Part shown: one piece after another, positions 1 through 9,773 of the stretch
How the letters are laid out: every line of letters starts with the position of its first letter
Numbering within the stretch: position 1 is the first letter of the stretch
NCBI RefSeq assembly: GCF_013177435.1
Contig: NZ_CP053627.1
Coordinates: 30,001 to 62,000 of the forward strand
Length of the DNA: 32,000 nt
Reading direction: 5' to 3'
DNA from: Xylella taiwanensis
GTDB lineage: Bacteria > Pseudomonadota > Gammaproteobacteria > Xanthomonadales > Xanthomonadaceae
Notes under the pieces: generated by a model
What the model was told of the DNA's origin: nothing
What the model saw: only the letters and a program-made list of their open reading frames with translations
Database searches by the model: none
Position numbers and translations under genes: made by a program

Positions 1-2367
1 ATTGGTGACACTCACACCAATTTTGACAAGAATCTGCCCGGTGATACCAACACCGAGGGAGAGCCTGCCAAACCGCAATTGGTCAGAAACGATACAAGCG
101 TTGACGTGGTTAAACGTATGGCGCAGATCTTCCAGATGGAGGGCAGGAGCCGGGCTGATGCGCTGGCGGCGGCCCGGGCATCTACTTTCAACTTTCATAA
201 TAAAAATTCGGCTTATATTGCAGCGCTGGCTTACGATGCCCATACCAAGGACATGCGTCCTGATCTTGAAGGGGATCAGTTTTTAACGACCTACTGGGTC
301 GACGTGGTGGAGGCTGAGGACTACAAAAATCCAGTAGAAACTAACCAATACTGGTTGGCCGCGAAATATGGCGGATTTCAAGTGCCTGCCGGTTACGATC
401 CGGATAAGACGCTCAAAGCTCTGCCAGAGGCTACCTGGTGGAGTAGCCGCGAGTACTTCACTGACGATAAAAACAATCGTACCTTCAAGCGTGCGGACAA
501 TTTCTACATTGCTGCTGACGCAGAAAAGATGGTGTCCAGCCTGAACAAAGCATTCTCGCGGATCGTGGCCGAGACAAAGGGCTCAGGCACCGGATTGTCC
601 AGTAATGGTGCCAGGCTTGAAACCGGCGCCGTCACCTACCAGACACAGTTTTTCAGCGGCACCTGGCGTGGCGATCTGAGCGCCTATCACGTGGACAAAG
701 TGACCGGTGCGCTCACTCCGTTTTGGAGCGCGAACGCGAACTTCCCGGCGTGGGACCGGCGCGTCATCAAGTTTTCTAGTGCCGCCACACTGAAAGACTT
801 CACCAAAAACAACCTAAGCCAAACGCCACTGGCATCGGCCAGTGCCGCGCAGATTGATTACCTGCGCGGTAATCGTAGCCAGGAGGGCAGCGGGCCGGGC
901 AAGCTCCGGGTACGCAGCGGCCTCATGGGGGATATTGTCAACTCCCAGCCGTTGTATGTGGGCGCGCCCAACCCCCGGCTATACACAGCGGCGCGCTTCA
1001 GCGGGGCGTCGGCTTATGCAGCGTTCGCCGCCGTGCAGGCCAACCGCGTGCCGGTGATCTACGTGGGGGCCAATGACGGCATGCTGCATGCCTTCAATGC
1101 CAATAACGGTACAGAGATCTTTGCCTTTGTCCCTCAAGCGGCGATGCCCAGATTGCTTGAGTACACCGATCAGAACTACGTACACCAGTATTACGTTGAT
1201 GGGGAGCTGACCGCGGCCGATATTTACGACACGACTTTACGGACGTGGCGTTCGGTGCTGGTGGGGACCCTGGGCCGTGGCGGGACAGGCGTGTTCGCCT
1301 TGGATGTGACCGACCCTTCCAATATTGGTGTGCTATGGGACAAAACGTCTACGGACATCAGCGGTCTGGGAAATATCCTAAACAAACCCATGATTGTTCA
1401 GACGTCTGATGGGACATGGTCCGTTTTGCTTGGCAATGGTCCCAACAGCACCGCAGACAACGCCCAACTGATCGTGATCAACCTGCTGACTGGCCAAGCA
1501 ACCCAAATAGCTGTGAGCAAGGCTTCAAGCAATGGACTGTCGGGTGTGCTGCCTTGGTCCAGTCAGGGCAACGGCATCACGGATCGCGTGTATGCCGGGG
1601 ACCTGCTGGGCACGCTGTGGCGCTTCAGTCTTACCGATCGCGTGTGGAAGGCGGAGCCGATGTTCAATGCCGAGTATCAGGGAAAGGCGCAGCCGATCAC
1701 CGCAACGCCGCTGGGGGCCATCGAGCGATCCACTGGACGCACGTGGATCTTCTTTGGGACGGGCCGTGCGTTGTCTTCGCATGATCTGGGTAACAAGGAG
1801 GTCCAGAGCTGGTATGGCTTGATTGACCAGGGGACGACGATCAAAGGGCGCAGCACGCTCAGCCAGGTGCAGATTCTTGATGAGGGCGAAGTCAATCATG
1901 ATGCCGTTCGTGTGGTGGCCGATCCTGGCAATGTTGGTGCTGATGGCTGGTACATGGATTTGATCTCGCCGCAGTCCGGCAAGCAGGGAGAACGGATGAT
2001 CGTATCCAACATGTTCCGTGGAGGGGTGCTGATCGGGACCACCCGAATCCCGGATAACAGCAATGTCTGCAAGCCCAGTGGCAAGGGTTTTGTGATGGCG
2101 ATTAATCCGTTCACAGGTGGGCGATTGCGTCAATGGTTTTTCGATTTAGGCAACACCGGTGGTGCGGGCAGTGGTAGTACGCTCAATGGCAATCCGGTAT
2201 CCGGGGTGGGTGTGGACAGTGCGCCGAATAGTCCGGTGTTTACCGGGCACATCATGCAGGTGGGGACTGATGATGGCACGGTCACGTCGCTCAAGACACC
2301 GCCTTCCAGCGGTGGCCACAACAACATGGGTCGTGTCTCATGGCGTGAAGTCCTGAGGTCCGAGTAA
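1..2367 (+). CDS. pilY1: PilY1 type IV pilus tip-associated adhesin/biogenesis protein, C-terminal ~788 codons (5' end lies left of the window)
   Basis: Frame 1 is stop-free from base 1, so the listed TTG at 79 is not the true start. Stop is TAA at 2365-2367. It carries PilY1/PilC C-terminal hallmarks ([27 protein letters not shown]; [12 protein letters not shown]) and is followed immediately by a pilin gene. Confidence 0.85.
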   Translation: MGDTHTNFDKNLPGDTNTEGEPAKPQLVRNDTSVDVVKRMAQIFQMEGRSRADALAAARASTFNFHNKNSAYIAALAYDAHTKDMRPDLEGDQFLTTYWVDVVEAEDYKNPVETNQYWLAAKYGGFQVPAGYDPDKTLKALPEATWWSSREYFTDDKNNRTFKRADNFYIAADAEKMVSSLNKAFSRIVAETKGSGTGLSSNGARLETGAVTYQTQFFSGTWRGDLSAYHVDKVTGALTPFWSANANFPAWDRRVIKFSSAATLKDFTKNNLSQTPLASASAAQIDYLRGNRSQEGSGPGKLRVRSGLMGDIVNSQPLYVGAPNPRLYTAARFSGASAYAAFAAVQANRVPVIYVGANDGMLHAFNANNGTEIFAFVPQAAMPRLLEYTDQNYVHQYYVDGELTAADIYDTTLRTWRSVLVGTLGRGGTGVFALDVTDPSNIGVLWDKTSTDISGLGNILNKPMIVQTSDGTWSVLLGNGPNSTADNAQLIVINLLTGQATQIAVSKASSNGLSGVLPWSSQGNGITDRVYAGDLLGTLWRFSLTDRVWKAEPMFNAEYQGKAQPITATPLGAIERSTGRTWIFFGTGRALSSHDLGNKEVQSWYGLIDQGTTIKGRSTLSQVQILDEGEVNHDAVRVVADPGNVGADGWYMDLISPQSGKQGERMIVSNMFRGGVLIGTTRIPDNSNVCKPSGKGFVMAINPFTGGRLRQWFFDLGNTGGAGSGSTLNGNPVSGVGVDSAPNSPVFTGHIMQVGTDDGTVTSLKTPPSSGGHNNMGRVSWREVLRSE

Positions 2368-2393
2368 TGATGCCAGCTAACGAGATGAGCTTC

Positions 2394-2792
2394 ATGATTA
2401 AAAATAAGAAGCAAAGCGGTTTCACCTTGATTGAGGTGATGATTGTGGTGGTGATAGTGGCTGTTTTGGCAGGGATCGCCATTGCTAACTACCAAGGGAG
2501 CATCCTCAGAACCCGTCGCTCGGCTGCCCAAGGGTGCTTACAACAACAAGCGCAATTTATGGAGCGCTATTACACGACCAATATGACGTATGCCAAGGCG
2601 GCGGAGTCCGTGCCAGGATGTGATCCTAGCCTCAGGCTTAATGATTTTTACCGTTTCACGAGTACTGTGCAGGCAATGAGTTTCACGCTGACAGCAACAC
2701 CCCAAGGAACACAGACTCGAGATAATTGCGGTACCCTCACACTCTTAAGCACAGGGGAGCGTACCGCTTCAGGTGGTGACGGTTGTTGGTGA
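2394..2792 (+). CDS. pilE: Type IV pilin-like protein (PilE/minor pilin class)
   Basis: It has a class III prepilin signal, MIKNKKQSG/FTLIEVMIVVVIVAVLAGIA, with the G-F cleavage site and the Glu at mature position 5. In-frame ATGs occur at 2367, 2370, 2385 and 2394; I chose the short-leader start. The 2367 ATG overlaps the pilY1 stop (TAATGATG). Confidence 0.85.
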   Translation: MIKNKKQSGFTLIEVMIVVVIVAVLAGIAIANYQGSILRTRRSAAQGCLQQQAQFMERYYTTNMTYAKAAESVPGCDPSLRLNDFYRFTSTVQAMSFTLTATPQGTQTRDNCGTLTLLSTGERTASGGDGCW

Positions 2793-3236
2793 ATCAATCT
2801 GATTCTTGGAACGGTTGGACAGCATTACATTCAGCACATAGGAGCGTGCACCGCGATCAACCAACAGGCACTTGGTGCTGGTTCCACGACCAACCAGAAT
2901 CAACATGGCGTCGTTGAAGAGACAGCCTTGGATAAGTATTAGCGCATCCTTGCGTGTAGCAGCGATCCGTCTGGAAGAGATGGGTGTGTGCTCGCTCTCC
3001 TGCAAGCTAGTTGTCTAGCTTGTTACCGTCAATCGATCGGGCCTCTCCAAAGATCGACGTAGAAGCGTAGATTGGAGATTTCTGTCACTGTGTACTGAGC
3101 CGCCATTTGCACGGTTGAACAATTGCGTATCGCTATTGAACAAGAACGATTGCGTACACCATACAGTGAGCGAGGTCATTCTCGAAGAGGTGATGTGTGG
3201 ATTCCAAAACGTTTGCGCATGACATAGCACCAAACT

Positions 3237-3971
3237 TTATTTCGGTGACTCAACGAGTGCAGCTCTGATCTCTGCCTGAATTTCCTCCGCTGCCACAGGC
3301 GGGTCGTTTGCTAGTCGGATCGGACGGCCCACCACGATCGCATCGGCGCCGTTGGCGAAAGCAGCCCTGATGCCCATCGTGCGTTGTTGGTCGTTATTAG
3401 CCACATGGTTTGGGCGAATGCCTGGACAAACAATCGAAAATCCAGAGCCAACGGCGCGGCGGATGGGTCCCGCTTCCTGACCAGAAGCAATCACACCGTC
3501 GAGGCCCGCCATTTGGGCGGCCAATGCACGTTCAATCACGACTTCGACGGGTTCGCGGTCGATACCCATCTGCGCCAAATCTGGACGTGCCATTGATGTC
3601 AGCACGGTGACTGCTAGTAAATGCATCTGGCCCGTATTGGCTTCAGCAGCTGCTTGCATCATCGCCACGTGCCAGCCATGGATGGTGCAGTAGCTGATCG
3701 GCCACTGCGACAGGCTACGGATGGCTCCTGCGACCGTAGCCGGAATGTCGAAGAATTTCAGATCGACGAATACGCGCTTGCCACGCGAGGCCAAGTCATC
3801 GAGTACCTGAAAATATTCGCCGGAAGCCAACAATTCCATGCCGATCTTATAGAAAGAGATGGTGTCGCCAAGTCGGTCGATCCACTCTAATGCTTGCGCC
3901 CGACTGGGTACGTCCAGTGCGAAGATCAACCGTTCACGAATTCCCAGAGATAACGGTGCGCGGTTCATCAT
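3237..3971 (-). CDS. pyrF: Orotidine 5'-phosphate decarboxylase
   Basis: 244-aa ORF with LIFALDV...FYKIGMELL and [14 protein letters not shown], the D-x-K-x-x-D-I-P active-site motif of PyrF. Confidence 0.9.
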   Translation of the reverse strand: MMNRAPLSLGIRERLIFALDVPSRAQALEWIDRLGDTISFYKIGMELLASGEYFQVLDDLASRGKRVFVDLKFFDIPATVAGAIRSLSQWPISYCTIHGWHVAMMQAAAEANTGQMHLLAVTVLTSMARPDLAQMGIDREPVEVVIERALAAQMAGLDGVIASGQEAGPIRRAVGSGFSIVCPGIRPNHVANNDQQRTMGIRAAFANGADAIVVGRPIRLANDPPVAAEEIQAEIRAALVESPK

Positions 3972-5355
3972 GGCAGCTCCAATGTGGAATGTTTGCCTGC
4001 ATCATAAAGCCAACAAGGTTGGCTGAGGTTATTGTTGCACCAGATTGTCTGCCAATTGTCATTATCAGAGTTCAACTGCATCCAGAAAGGTATATCGAAC
4101 TAGTGGCTGTTCTGTTGCATCCGTGTGTTTTGCTGGTGCTACTTCTTTAAAGATGTGGACGAGTGTAGCAATAAATAAATGCGTAATAAGCCTGCTTGGG
4201 CAGCGTCTTGTGTTTCTCAAATGTTGCTTTTTCAGGATCCTGTTGAGCAGGTTGCCGTAGTTCGAATGGGTGAAGCTGTGATTTTTTTCTTATATTTTTA
4301 AGCATGAAACTTTGGTACAGCACCGATCAATACAAGGAAAAAAGAGAACCGCCCGTTCACTGCTACTGCTGATCAAATCACACGATGTTGTCGGTTTAGA
4401 TCGCAATGGCTTTGATGCGTGTCAGTGATTGCGCATCCTTGGGTCTGTCTGTTTCTGATTTAAGTGCATCATTGCTGATATGGATTCAGGACCGTTTCCC
4501 AGCACATGGTTTTGCAAAGACATACATGTCAGAGGTTTGGTCGAGAATGAAATCATGACATGTGTAATGTCATTCCTATTGAGCAGGCATCAAGTACACC
4601 ACAATGCCAAAACTCACAATTCAATCACGGAATCTATGGCTCACAGCATTGAATCAAAGTCTGATTGATGGTGTCATCGGCATGGAATGTTTACTCGAAT
4701 ACTGTTTTCTGCGAGCCACGCTGATCAGCAGAATTGCTGGATCGACAACAGCGCGATTGCTGAACGGCCAGGGAGAGTAGAACGCTAGGGTTCGAGATCA
4801 TTCCAAGTAAGCAAGCCGCTGGTGCAGCGACATGGTCATTACGGATTGTTTTTACCCAGGATCGAACATGGTGCGCATCATTAGCTGTCTATAATATTCC
4901 GGCACCTCGTGCTCTGATCTCATTCGGCCATGTGGTGACATCAGTGGTTGGGTACATGGTGAATGGCAGATCGACAGTCAAATGTTATGTGCAGATTTAA
5001 ATTTAACGTGCGTCACTGCATGCTGGGAGCCTGTTAGTCATTTAGACACTTGTCTGCTGTGCTGAGTGGGGTTGGATGTCGACATGCAAACTGAGCAGTG
5101 AAGTGGGTGGATTGAGGTTATCCAGGTCGTTTATGTGGATAGTGTCTGCTTTGATGTGGGACAACGGACAGAGCACATGAGTTACACAGTTTTACCAGTT
5201 TGCTTGCAGGGTAAAGAATTCACACTCCAGGTTGGGCGCGGTTTTGTGTGATCTTTCTCAGATAGCAACCATCGTTGCTGCCTTGCTACGATGAAACCGC
5301 TTGAGCGCACTGCGTGACGACGTAGGGGCCCTAAGCATTTTCTCCTTCGTTCTCA

Positions 5356-6570
5356 GTGAGTACTCCTGTGTCCTTCTTTGCAAATGTGGAATCGGTTCCG
5401 GGCGATCCGATTTTGAGTCTGAACGATGCCTATAACACCGACAGCCGTACCAACAAGGTCAACCTGGGTATCGGCATTTATTATGACGAGAGCGGTTGCA
5501 TCCCTTTGTTGCGTGCTGTCCAGCAGATCGAGCAGCAACTGGCCAAGAACCCGAAACCGCGTGGTTACTTGCCGATCGATGGTTTGCCAGCCTATACCCA
5601 GGCCACTCAGCAATTATTGTTTGGCGTCGACTCACCCTTGCTGGCGGCTGGACGTGTAGCCACCTCACAGACTGTTGGCGGCTCCGGGGCTTTACGGGTG
5701 GGCGCTGAACTGTTGAAGAAGGTGCTGCCACACGCCACTGTTGCTATCAGCAATCCGAGTTGGGAGAACCATCGTGCGTTGTTCTCTGCGGCTGGCTTCA
5801 AGATCGAGGACTACACTTATTTCGATACTGTCAGCCACAACGTGAACTTCACGGGGATGTTGGCTGATCTGGCGAAACTGCAACCAAAGACGGTGGTATT
5901 ACTTCATGGTTGCTGCCATAACCCAACCGGTGCTGACCTCACCCGGGACCAGTGGAAGCAAGTTGTCGATGTGCTCAAGGAACGTCAACTGCTCCCATGC
6001 ATCGATCTGGCCTACCAGGGATTCAACCAGGGCATTGATGCTGACGCCTATGCAGTACGTCTGCTTGCCGAAGAAGGTATCAGCAATTACGTCATTGCGA
6101 GCTCATACTCCAAGTCGTTCTCGTTGTACAGCGAGCGCGTTGGTGCACTGTCGATCGTTGCTTCAAATACCGATCAAGCCGAAGCGGTGCAGTCACAAGT
6201 AAAACGCATCATCCGCACGATTTATTCCAGCCCACCCGCGCACGGTGCCCACTTGGTTGCCGGTGTGCTGACCAGTCACGAACTTCGGGCACTGTGGGAG
6301 CAGGAGTTAACCGAGATGCGCGAACGTGTCCACGGGTTGCGTGCGGGCTTAGTTGCTCAATTGGCTGCACTGGGTACGCCGGAGTTTGATTTCATACAAC
6401 GCCAAGCAGGCATGTTTTCGTACTCAGGGTTGAGCAACGTCCAGGTTGATCGTTTGCGCGACGAGTTCGGGATTTATGCGGTCAGTAACGGACGGATCTG
6501 CTTGGCTGCATTGAGTCAGAATAAATTGGAATACGTAGCGCAGGCAGTAGCGATGGTGCATAAAGGCTGA
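5356..6570 (+). CDS. aspC: Aspartate/aromatic amino acid aminotransferase (class I, AspC/TyrB type)
   Basis: 404-aa ORF with a GTG start. The N-terminus FFANVESVPGDPILSL parallels the AspC N-terminus. It has GIGIYYDESG and the PLP-lysine motif SYSKSFSLYSERVG. Confidence 0.9.
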   Translation: MSTPVSFFANVESVPGDPILSLNDAYNTDSRTNKVNLGIGIYYDESGCIPLLRAVQQIEQQLAKNPKPRGYLPIDGLPAYTQATQQLLFGVDSPLLAAGRVATSQTVGGSGALRVGAELLKKVLPHATVAISNPSWENHRALFSAAGFKIEDYTYFDTVSHNVNFTGMLADLAKLQPKTVVLLHGCCHNPTGADLTRDQWKQVVDVLKERQLLPCIDLAYQGFNQGIDADAYAVRLLAEEGISNYVIASSYSKSFSLYSERVGALSIVASNTDQAEAVQSQVKRIIRTIYSSPPAHGAHLVAGVLTSHELRALWEQELTEMRERVHGLRAGLVAQLAALGTPEFDFIQRQAGMFSYSGLSNVQVDRLRDEFGIYAVSNGRICLAALSQNKLEYVAQAVAMVHKG

Positions 6571-6770
6571 TGTGTGTCTCGATTCTGTCTTGCAGAGATC
6601 AGCAGTACGAATCGCATCGCATCAAATGACGACGCACATGAGGTAAATCATCGGTGAAGTCTTGCCAAGCGCAATGATTGGCATGCGTACCTATTGCTGT
6701 TGCAACCTTAGTTCAGATCCGAACGGATCTGGACGGGCTGGTCGCACCTGACAGGTGTGCGAAACCCCAG

Positions 6771-6915
6771 TTAGAAACGGGCACGAACTCCGATTTTGAT
6801 CGAGCTGAGTAGGACTGCTGACTGAGTGTGGGGTGCGCAGCCGCCGTGCAGCAGTCCCGGTATTTTTGCACGTTCCCCAAGGTGCTCTCTTGTAGGAATG
6901 TTGACCGGTTCAATT
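6771..6915 (-). pseudogene. Possible 3' remnant of an outer-membrane beta-barrel gene (TonB-dependent receptor or porin class)
   Basis: My minus-strand translation ends ...SAVLLSSIKIGVRARF then TAA (plus-strand tta at 6771-6773). Alternating hydrophobic residues with a terminal Phe fit the OMP C-terminal beta-signal. The frame is closed by a stop 48 codons upstream, and nothing recognisable lies further upstream. Confidence 0.25.
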
Positions 6916-6981
6916 CAGATTTTTTTGGAGCCAAGTGCCTTGTATTTAGCCCAGAAATGCCACATGGGAAGATACGCAATG

Positions 6982-7013
6982 GAACACCAGGTACCTGAAG
7001 GCACCTGGTGTTC
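6982..7013. other. Strong hairpin between convergent aspC and mscL (possible bidirectional terminator or REP-like element)
   Basis: GAACACCAGGTACC-TGAA-GGCACCTGGTGTTC forms a 14-bp stem with one A.C mismatch and a 4-nt loop. No U-tract follows on either strand, so it is not a classic intrinsic terminator. Confidence 0.5.
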
Positions 7014-7124
7014 ATATGCCCTATGCAGAACGTGATTTGTTACAACCATTCATGCCGTTTACTGACGGCGTCGTTCCGTGACACCACGATAACGGACACG
7101 CTGATTACCAATATCTGGGCGGAC

Positions 7125-7529
7125 TTACTTTTTTAGTGAATCGCGAATGTCGCGTAGCAGCAGCACCTCTTCGCTGGGTGTTTCTGGCGACGCAGGTTTC
7201 TTGCGTGTCACCTGGTTAATTATTTTGACCACGATGAAGATCGCAAAGGCAATGATCAGGAATTGCACAACTGTGTTGAGGAAGTCACCGTAGCCAATCA
7301 CGACGGCTGGCACCTCCTTACCTGCTGCATCCACTGTCGCATCTTTCAAAGTGAGTGACAGTTTGGAGAAGTCGATGCCGCCAACCAGCAGTCCGATGAA
7401 TGGCGAAATAATTTTCTCGACGAGTGAGGTAACGATTTTTCCGAATGCTGCGCCAATTACCACAGCTACGGCGAGATCGATGACGTTGCCACGCATTACA
7501 AATTCTTTGAACTCGCTAATGATACTCAC
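7125..7529 (-). CDS. mscL: Large-conductance mechanosensitive channel
   Basis: The sequence [32 protein letters not shown]... is typical of MscL. I place the start at GTG 7529, preceded by AAGGAG 6 nt upstream. The listed 7595 start adds 22 non-homologous residues. Confidence 0.9.
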   Translation of the reverse strand: MSIISEFKEFVMRGNVIDLAVAVVIGAAFGKIVTSLVEKIISPFIGLLVGGIDFSKLSLTLKDATVDAAGKEVPAVVIGYGDFLNTVVQFLIIAFAIFIVVKIINQVTRKKPASPETPSEEVLLLRDIRDSLKK

Positions 7530-7671
7530 ATTTGACTCCTTATCTGCTCGCGGTCGCATTGCCGCACCCATACATCGTAGCGCGTTGTCGATCAAAGCAG
7601 AGTCATGGTGGTCTCTATTTAGGCTTTTTTGTTATCCATCAAATGATAAATCCAGAGAAGGTCAGGCAACT

Positions 7672-7827
7672 TCAAGGACATGCAATTGCAAAGTGACGCC
7701 CAGACGTCATCACCATGTGTGCCAGTGCATCAAGGCCACATATGTTGATCTTGCCGTGGATCACATTGGAAATACGTCGTTGAGTGACCTCAAAACGCTG
7801 ACTGACTTGAGTCCGACCCATGTTCAT
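7672..7827 (-). pseudogene. XRE-family HTH antitoxin remnant (HigA-like), C-terminal two thirds only
   Basis: This is below the ORF-track cutoff. My translation is MNMGRTQVSQRFEVTQRRISNVIHGKINICGLDALAHMVMTSGRHFAIACP*. It follows the pattern G-L-T-Q..A..LGVTQPRIS.L..GKI..FSLDAL..M of antitoxins paired with RelE/ParE-type toxins. The frame is open only 16 codons further upstream, and the usual N-terminal ~40 aa are missing. Confidence 0.5.
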
Positions 7828-7920
7828 GAGGATCCAAGTGATTTTGCAACGCTGTTATCAGCACCGTATGCCTCTTATATTTTTTTCTGCTTCTATTCAA
7901 CTACTGGTCATAACATGCGT

Positions 7921-7980
7921 TGCTCATTGCTCATTGCTCATTGCTCATTGCTCATTGCTCATTGCTCATTGCTGTGATTG
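7921..7980. repeat. Compound microsatellite: (TGCTCAT)x6 followed by (TGCTGTGAT)x2
   Basis: Counted directly: six perfect heptamers at 7921-7962, then two perfect nonamers at 7963-7980. Confidence 0.98.
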
Positions 7981-8323
7981 CTGTGATACGTTGCCGCAAT
8001 GCTTTGTGGCCAAATCAAAATCGGCGTGGTTAGCCGTGCTCTTTTTTGTGGATCGCATTGGTGGATTTGGCAATGTGGAGGATCGGGAACCTTGCGGATG
8101 TATCCTGAATTCGCATCTTCCTGACGTGCTGCACTCGGCTGTTTAAGCACTTCCGGTAGTTTGGTTCCTTACTTTTTTCACTTGGGTGATGCGATTGGTT
8201 TGACCGTCTGTGGAAAGGTGAGGAATACATTGTGGGACGGGCTCCGAACATCAATGGGCTTGGTGTCCGTCGTTGCCGGGATATACAAAATATGTTTTGA
8301 GCCGTGTTTACATTTTCACGCAT
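7959..8323 (-). pseudogene. RelE/ParE-superfamily toxin remnant (HigB/Gp49-like), frameshifted
   Basis: In the frame of ORF 8030..8395, the segment from Met at 8323 reads ...LMFGARPTMYSSPFHRRSNQ...VQHVRKMRIQDTSARFPILHIAKSTNAIH. This aligns by eye to the toxin core FP..AR......V..G...GV.EIRI.D.SGAFRVIYVAK..DAVYVLH. The expected QKK..KTP..DI.LA tail (QKRARLTTPILIW) is in the other frame (ORF 7959..8150), which runs into the microsatellite. Confidence 0.5.
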
Positions 8324-9164
8324 GCTGCAAAGGCACAAATCAGTGAGGCGAATACGAGAGTATTGCTGGCGTACAGAGTTGTTGCGTGTGGACACTCGAT
8401 GTACATCCCCGAGACTATTGCAAATGTACTCGACACCACACTACGGGTGAGGTAAGTCTTTCGGCTGCCACGGCGTTCCGAGCGACGATGCGACCGTGAT
8501 GCAATCTTCTCCCTGGATAGGGTTGAATGACCGATATCTGTACCCTTGTCGGTCATGATGGCTGTAGCAAACAGGTGTCCGAGGTCGTCTTGTCTTGCTG
8601 GATACACTTCCTGCACCCTGTTACATACTGCACTACTTAGCAACATCACGATCATGCTGACGTGTTCGCGCAATGCAGGAGGATCTCAACCTGTGAAAAT
8701 GTAAAAAGCACTTAAAGCGTTGGATGAATCGAAGATCAAAGTCATCAGGTGCACCGGTGATCTAGGAAAATCATTGTTCCGATAGAACGGTGTGGTGTGC
8801 GCATTCAATACATCTACTGGCAACGCCTGGGTACCAGTGTTCTCCGCGATGGATGGCACAGCAGTGATGACTTCTTGGAGCAATGTTGTACCGGGTTTAA
8901 TGGCTTATTCTGGTGTATTGAACACCAGCCTTGCATATACGATCGCTGTGCTCTGCATCGGGGATGGTGTGCCTGAAAGCATCAATCGGTTGCTGGTGAG
9001 TGACCGCCCATAAGGCCAACGTGTCATATCCAAGTGCATCTGCGTCGGAATCAACGGCGAAGGTGCGGCTGGCTCCGTTCAGCGGCTTGGCCAGTAGATG
9101 CTATTTCAACCAATGGTGCAACGATGGTCACCGCAATTGAACCCATTGAGCAGGTGAGTTGCAT
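8308..9164 (-). mobile_element. IS5-family (IS427-group-like) insertion sequence remnant; transposase broken into at least 4 frame segments
   Basis: Successive minus-strand pieces were matched from memory to IS427-group transposases. First, ..TIVAPLVE..ERSQPHLRR matches ..IAPLLP..GGRPR. Next, PLNGASRTF....KAGVQYTRI matches ALAGILFVLR....AAGVWERL. Next, ALPVDVLNAH and FPRSPVHLMTLIFDSSNALSAFYIFTG cover the first-D region. Finally, IMTDKGTDIGHSTLSREKIASRSHRRS...TRSVVSSTFAIV...LVFASLICAF matches ADKGYD....LRRRGITPRIARRG...HRWVVERTLAWL...LAFLHLACAL. The total span of ~0.86 kb fits this IS group. Terminal inverted repeats were not identified. Confidence 0.5.
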
Positions 9165-9224
9165 TAAACGGATACAGTGCTGAAAGTGGCATGTGTACAT
9201 GTAGTCGATATTCTGGAGAGTCTG

Positions 9225-9395
9225 TATTGCTATCAGGCAGTCAAGCCTGGCATTGACCTTTTGTGGTGCATCAGCCAGCGCAGTAAACGGCCTGCACCTG
9301 TTCGCGTCGAGACTGAAAGAGACATGATCCAGTGCAATCGCTTTTGTGCGCTCGCCTGCAGTGTGTAGCACGACCTCTGAACGATGTTGGCTCAA
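9225..9395 (-). pseudogene. Possible N-terminal stub of an ABC-transporter ATP-binding protein, truncated at the IS remnant
   Basis: VVLHTAGERTKAIALDHVSFSLDANRCRPFTALADAPQKVNARLDCLIAIQ resembles L....L.K.....AL..VSF.L..GE..AL.G.NG.GKSTLL..I.GL with a degraded Walker A. The match is short and by eye only. Confidence 0.25.
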
Positions 9396-9773
9396 CGAAG
9401 GCGTAGCATTGTCAAATCGTGTTGTTCGAGTCAGTCATGCATGCCCGTTAATACAAGCATCACGCATAGCACGCTGTGTCCCACAGATAGATAATTCCCA
9501 CACGCCGCCAATGGAATGTGTAGGGATTGTCGACACGACATGAAGAGGAAGCGCGTAGTGCATTGCATTATCTTTAATGTGCTGTGCTTCGGTGTAGCGA
9601 TGGGGTTGATGTGTCGGTATCCGTATTGGGACACCTTCGGTTTCTTGGTGAAAGTCTACTTAAAAGGTGCAAAACGCGATGGACGTTTCTTGAAGGAGTA
9701 GTGCTGCTGCAATCGGCCGCGTGTGGGATTTTTTCGTTCTCTGAGACACGCTGTGACCCTTTAAGGAGGAGTG

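Noticed and set aside
842-2531. Numerous 60-200 aa ORFs overlapping pilY1 in other frames or on the opposite strand (e.g. 1525..2133 minus, 1416..1784 plus, 2130..2531 minus).
   Set aside because: They lie entirely within a well-supported long gene and have Arg/Pro/Gly-rich composition typical of off-frame translation of GC-rich coding sequence. The same reasoning applies to the shadow ORFs inside aspC, the membrane gene, mfd, accC, uvrD, hmp, pdxJ and parB.
2653-2660. GTTTCACG, half of the canonical parS palindrome (TGTTTCACGTGAAACA), was noted while looking for a centromere for the ParB-like protein.
   Set aside because: It is only a half-site, it lies inside pilE coding sequence, and it is 28 kb from parB. 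No full parS-like palindrome was found by eye in 28850-32000.
2793-3236. After the pilE stop the same frame stays open for 47 codons and reads ...QHIGACTAINQQALGAGSTTNQNQHGV.... This is reminiscent of YadA/XadA-type trimeric autotransporter head repeats (S.ALGAGS.A...NTVSVG). Further NxCVxL-like bits occur downstream.
   Set aside because: Only one short motif matches convincingly, and the rest is guesswork. It is too short to call a pseudogene without a database search. It is not a pilE readthrough extension, because the stop is a clean TGA.
4788-4799. GGGTTCGAGATC resembles a tRNA T-arm/T-loop. A similar GGTTCGA-like string is near 29516.
   Set aside because: The flanking bases cannot form the T-stem, acceptor stem or anticodon arm. 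No tRNA or tRNA fragment can be folded.
5118-5142. Two near-DnaA-box sequences in inverted orientation (TTATCCAGG and TGTGGATAG) upstream of aspC. Another near match, ATATCCACA, is at about 29081.
   Set aside because: Each has a mismatch. There is no AT-rich unwinding element or box cluster, so chance occurrence is likely.
7351-8146. Plus-strand ORFs 7351..7977 and 7820..8146 that read through the microsatellite as (CSLLIAH)n. This suggested a phase-variable repeat protein.
   Set aside because: The first is mostly antisense to mscL. The second has no SD, no recognisable domain and odd Cys-rich composition. The same DNA is better explained by minus-strand TA remnants.
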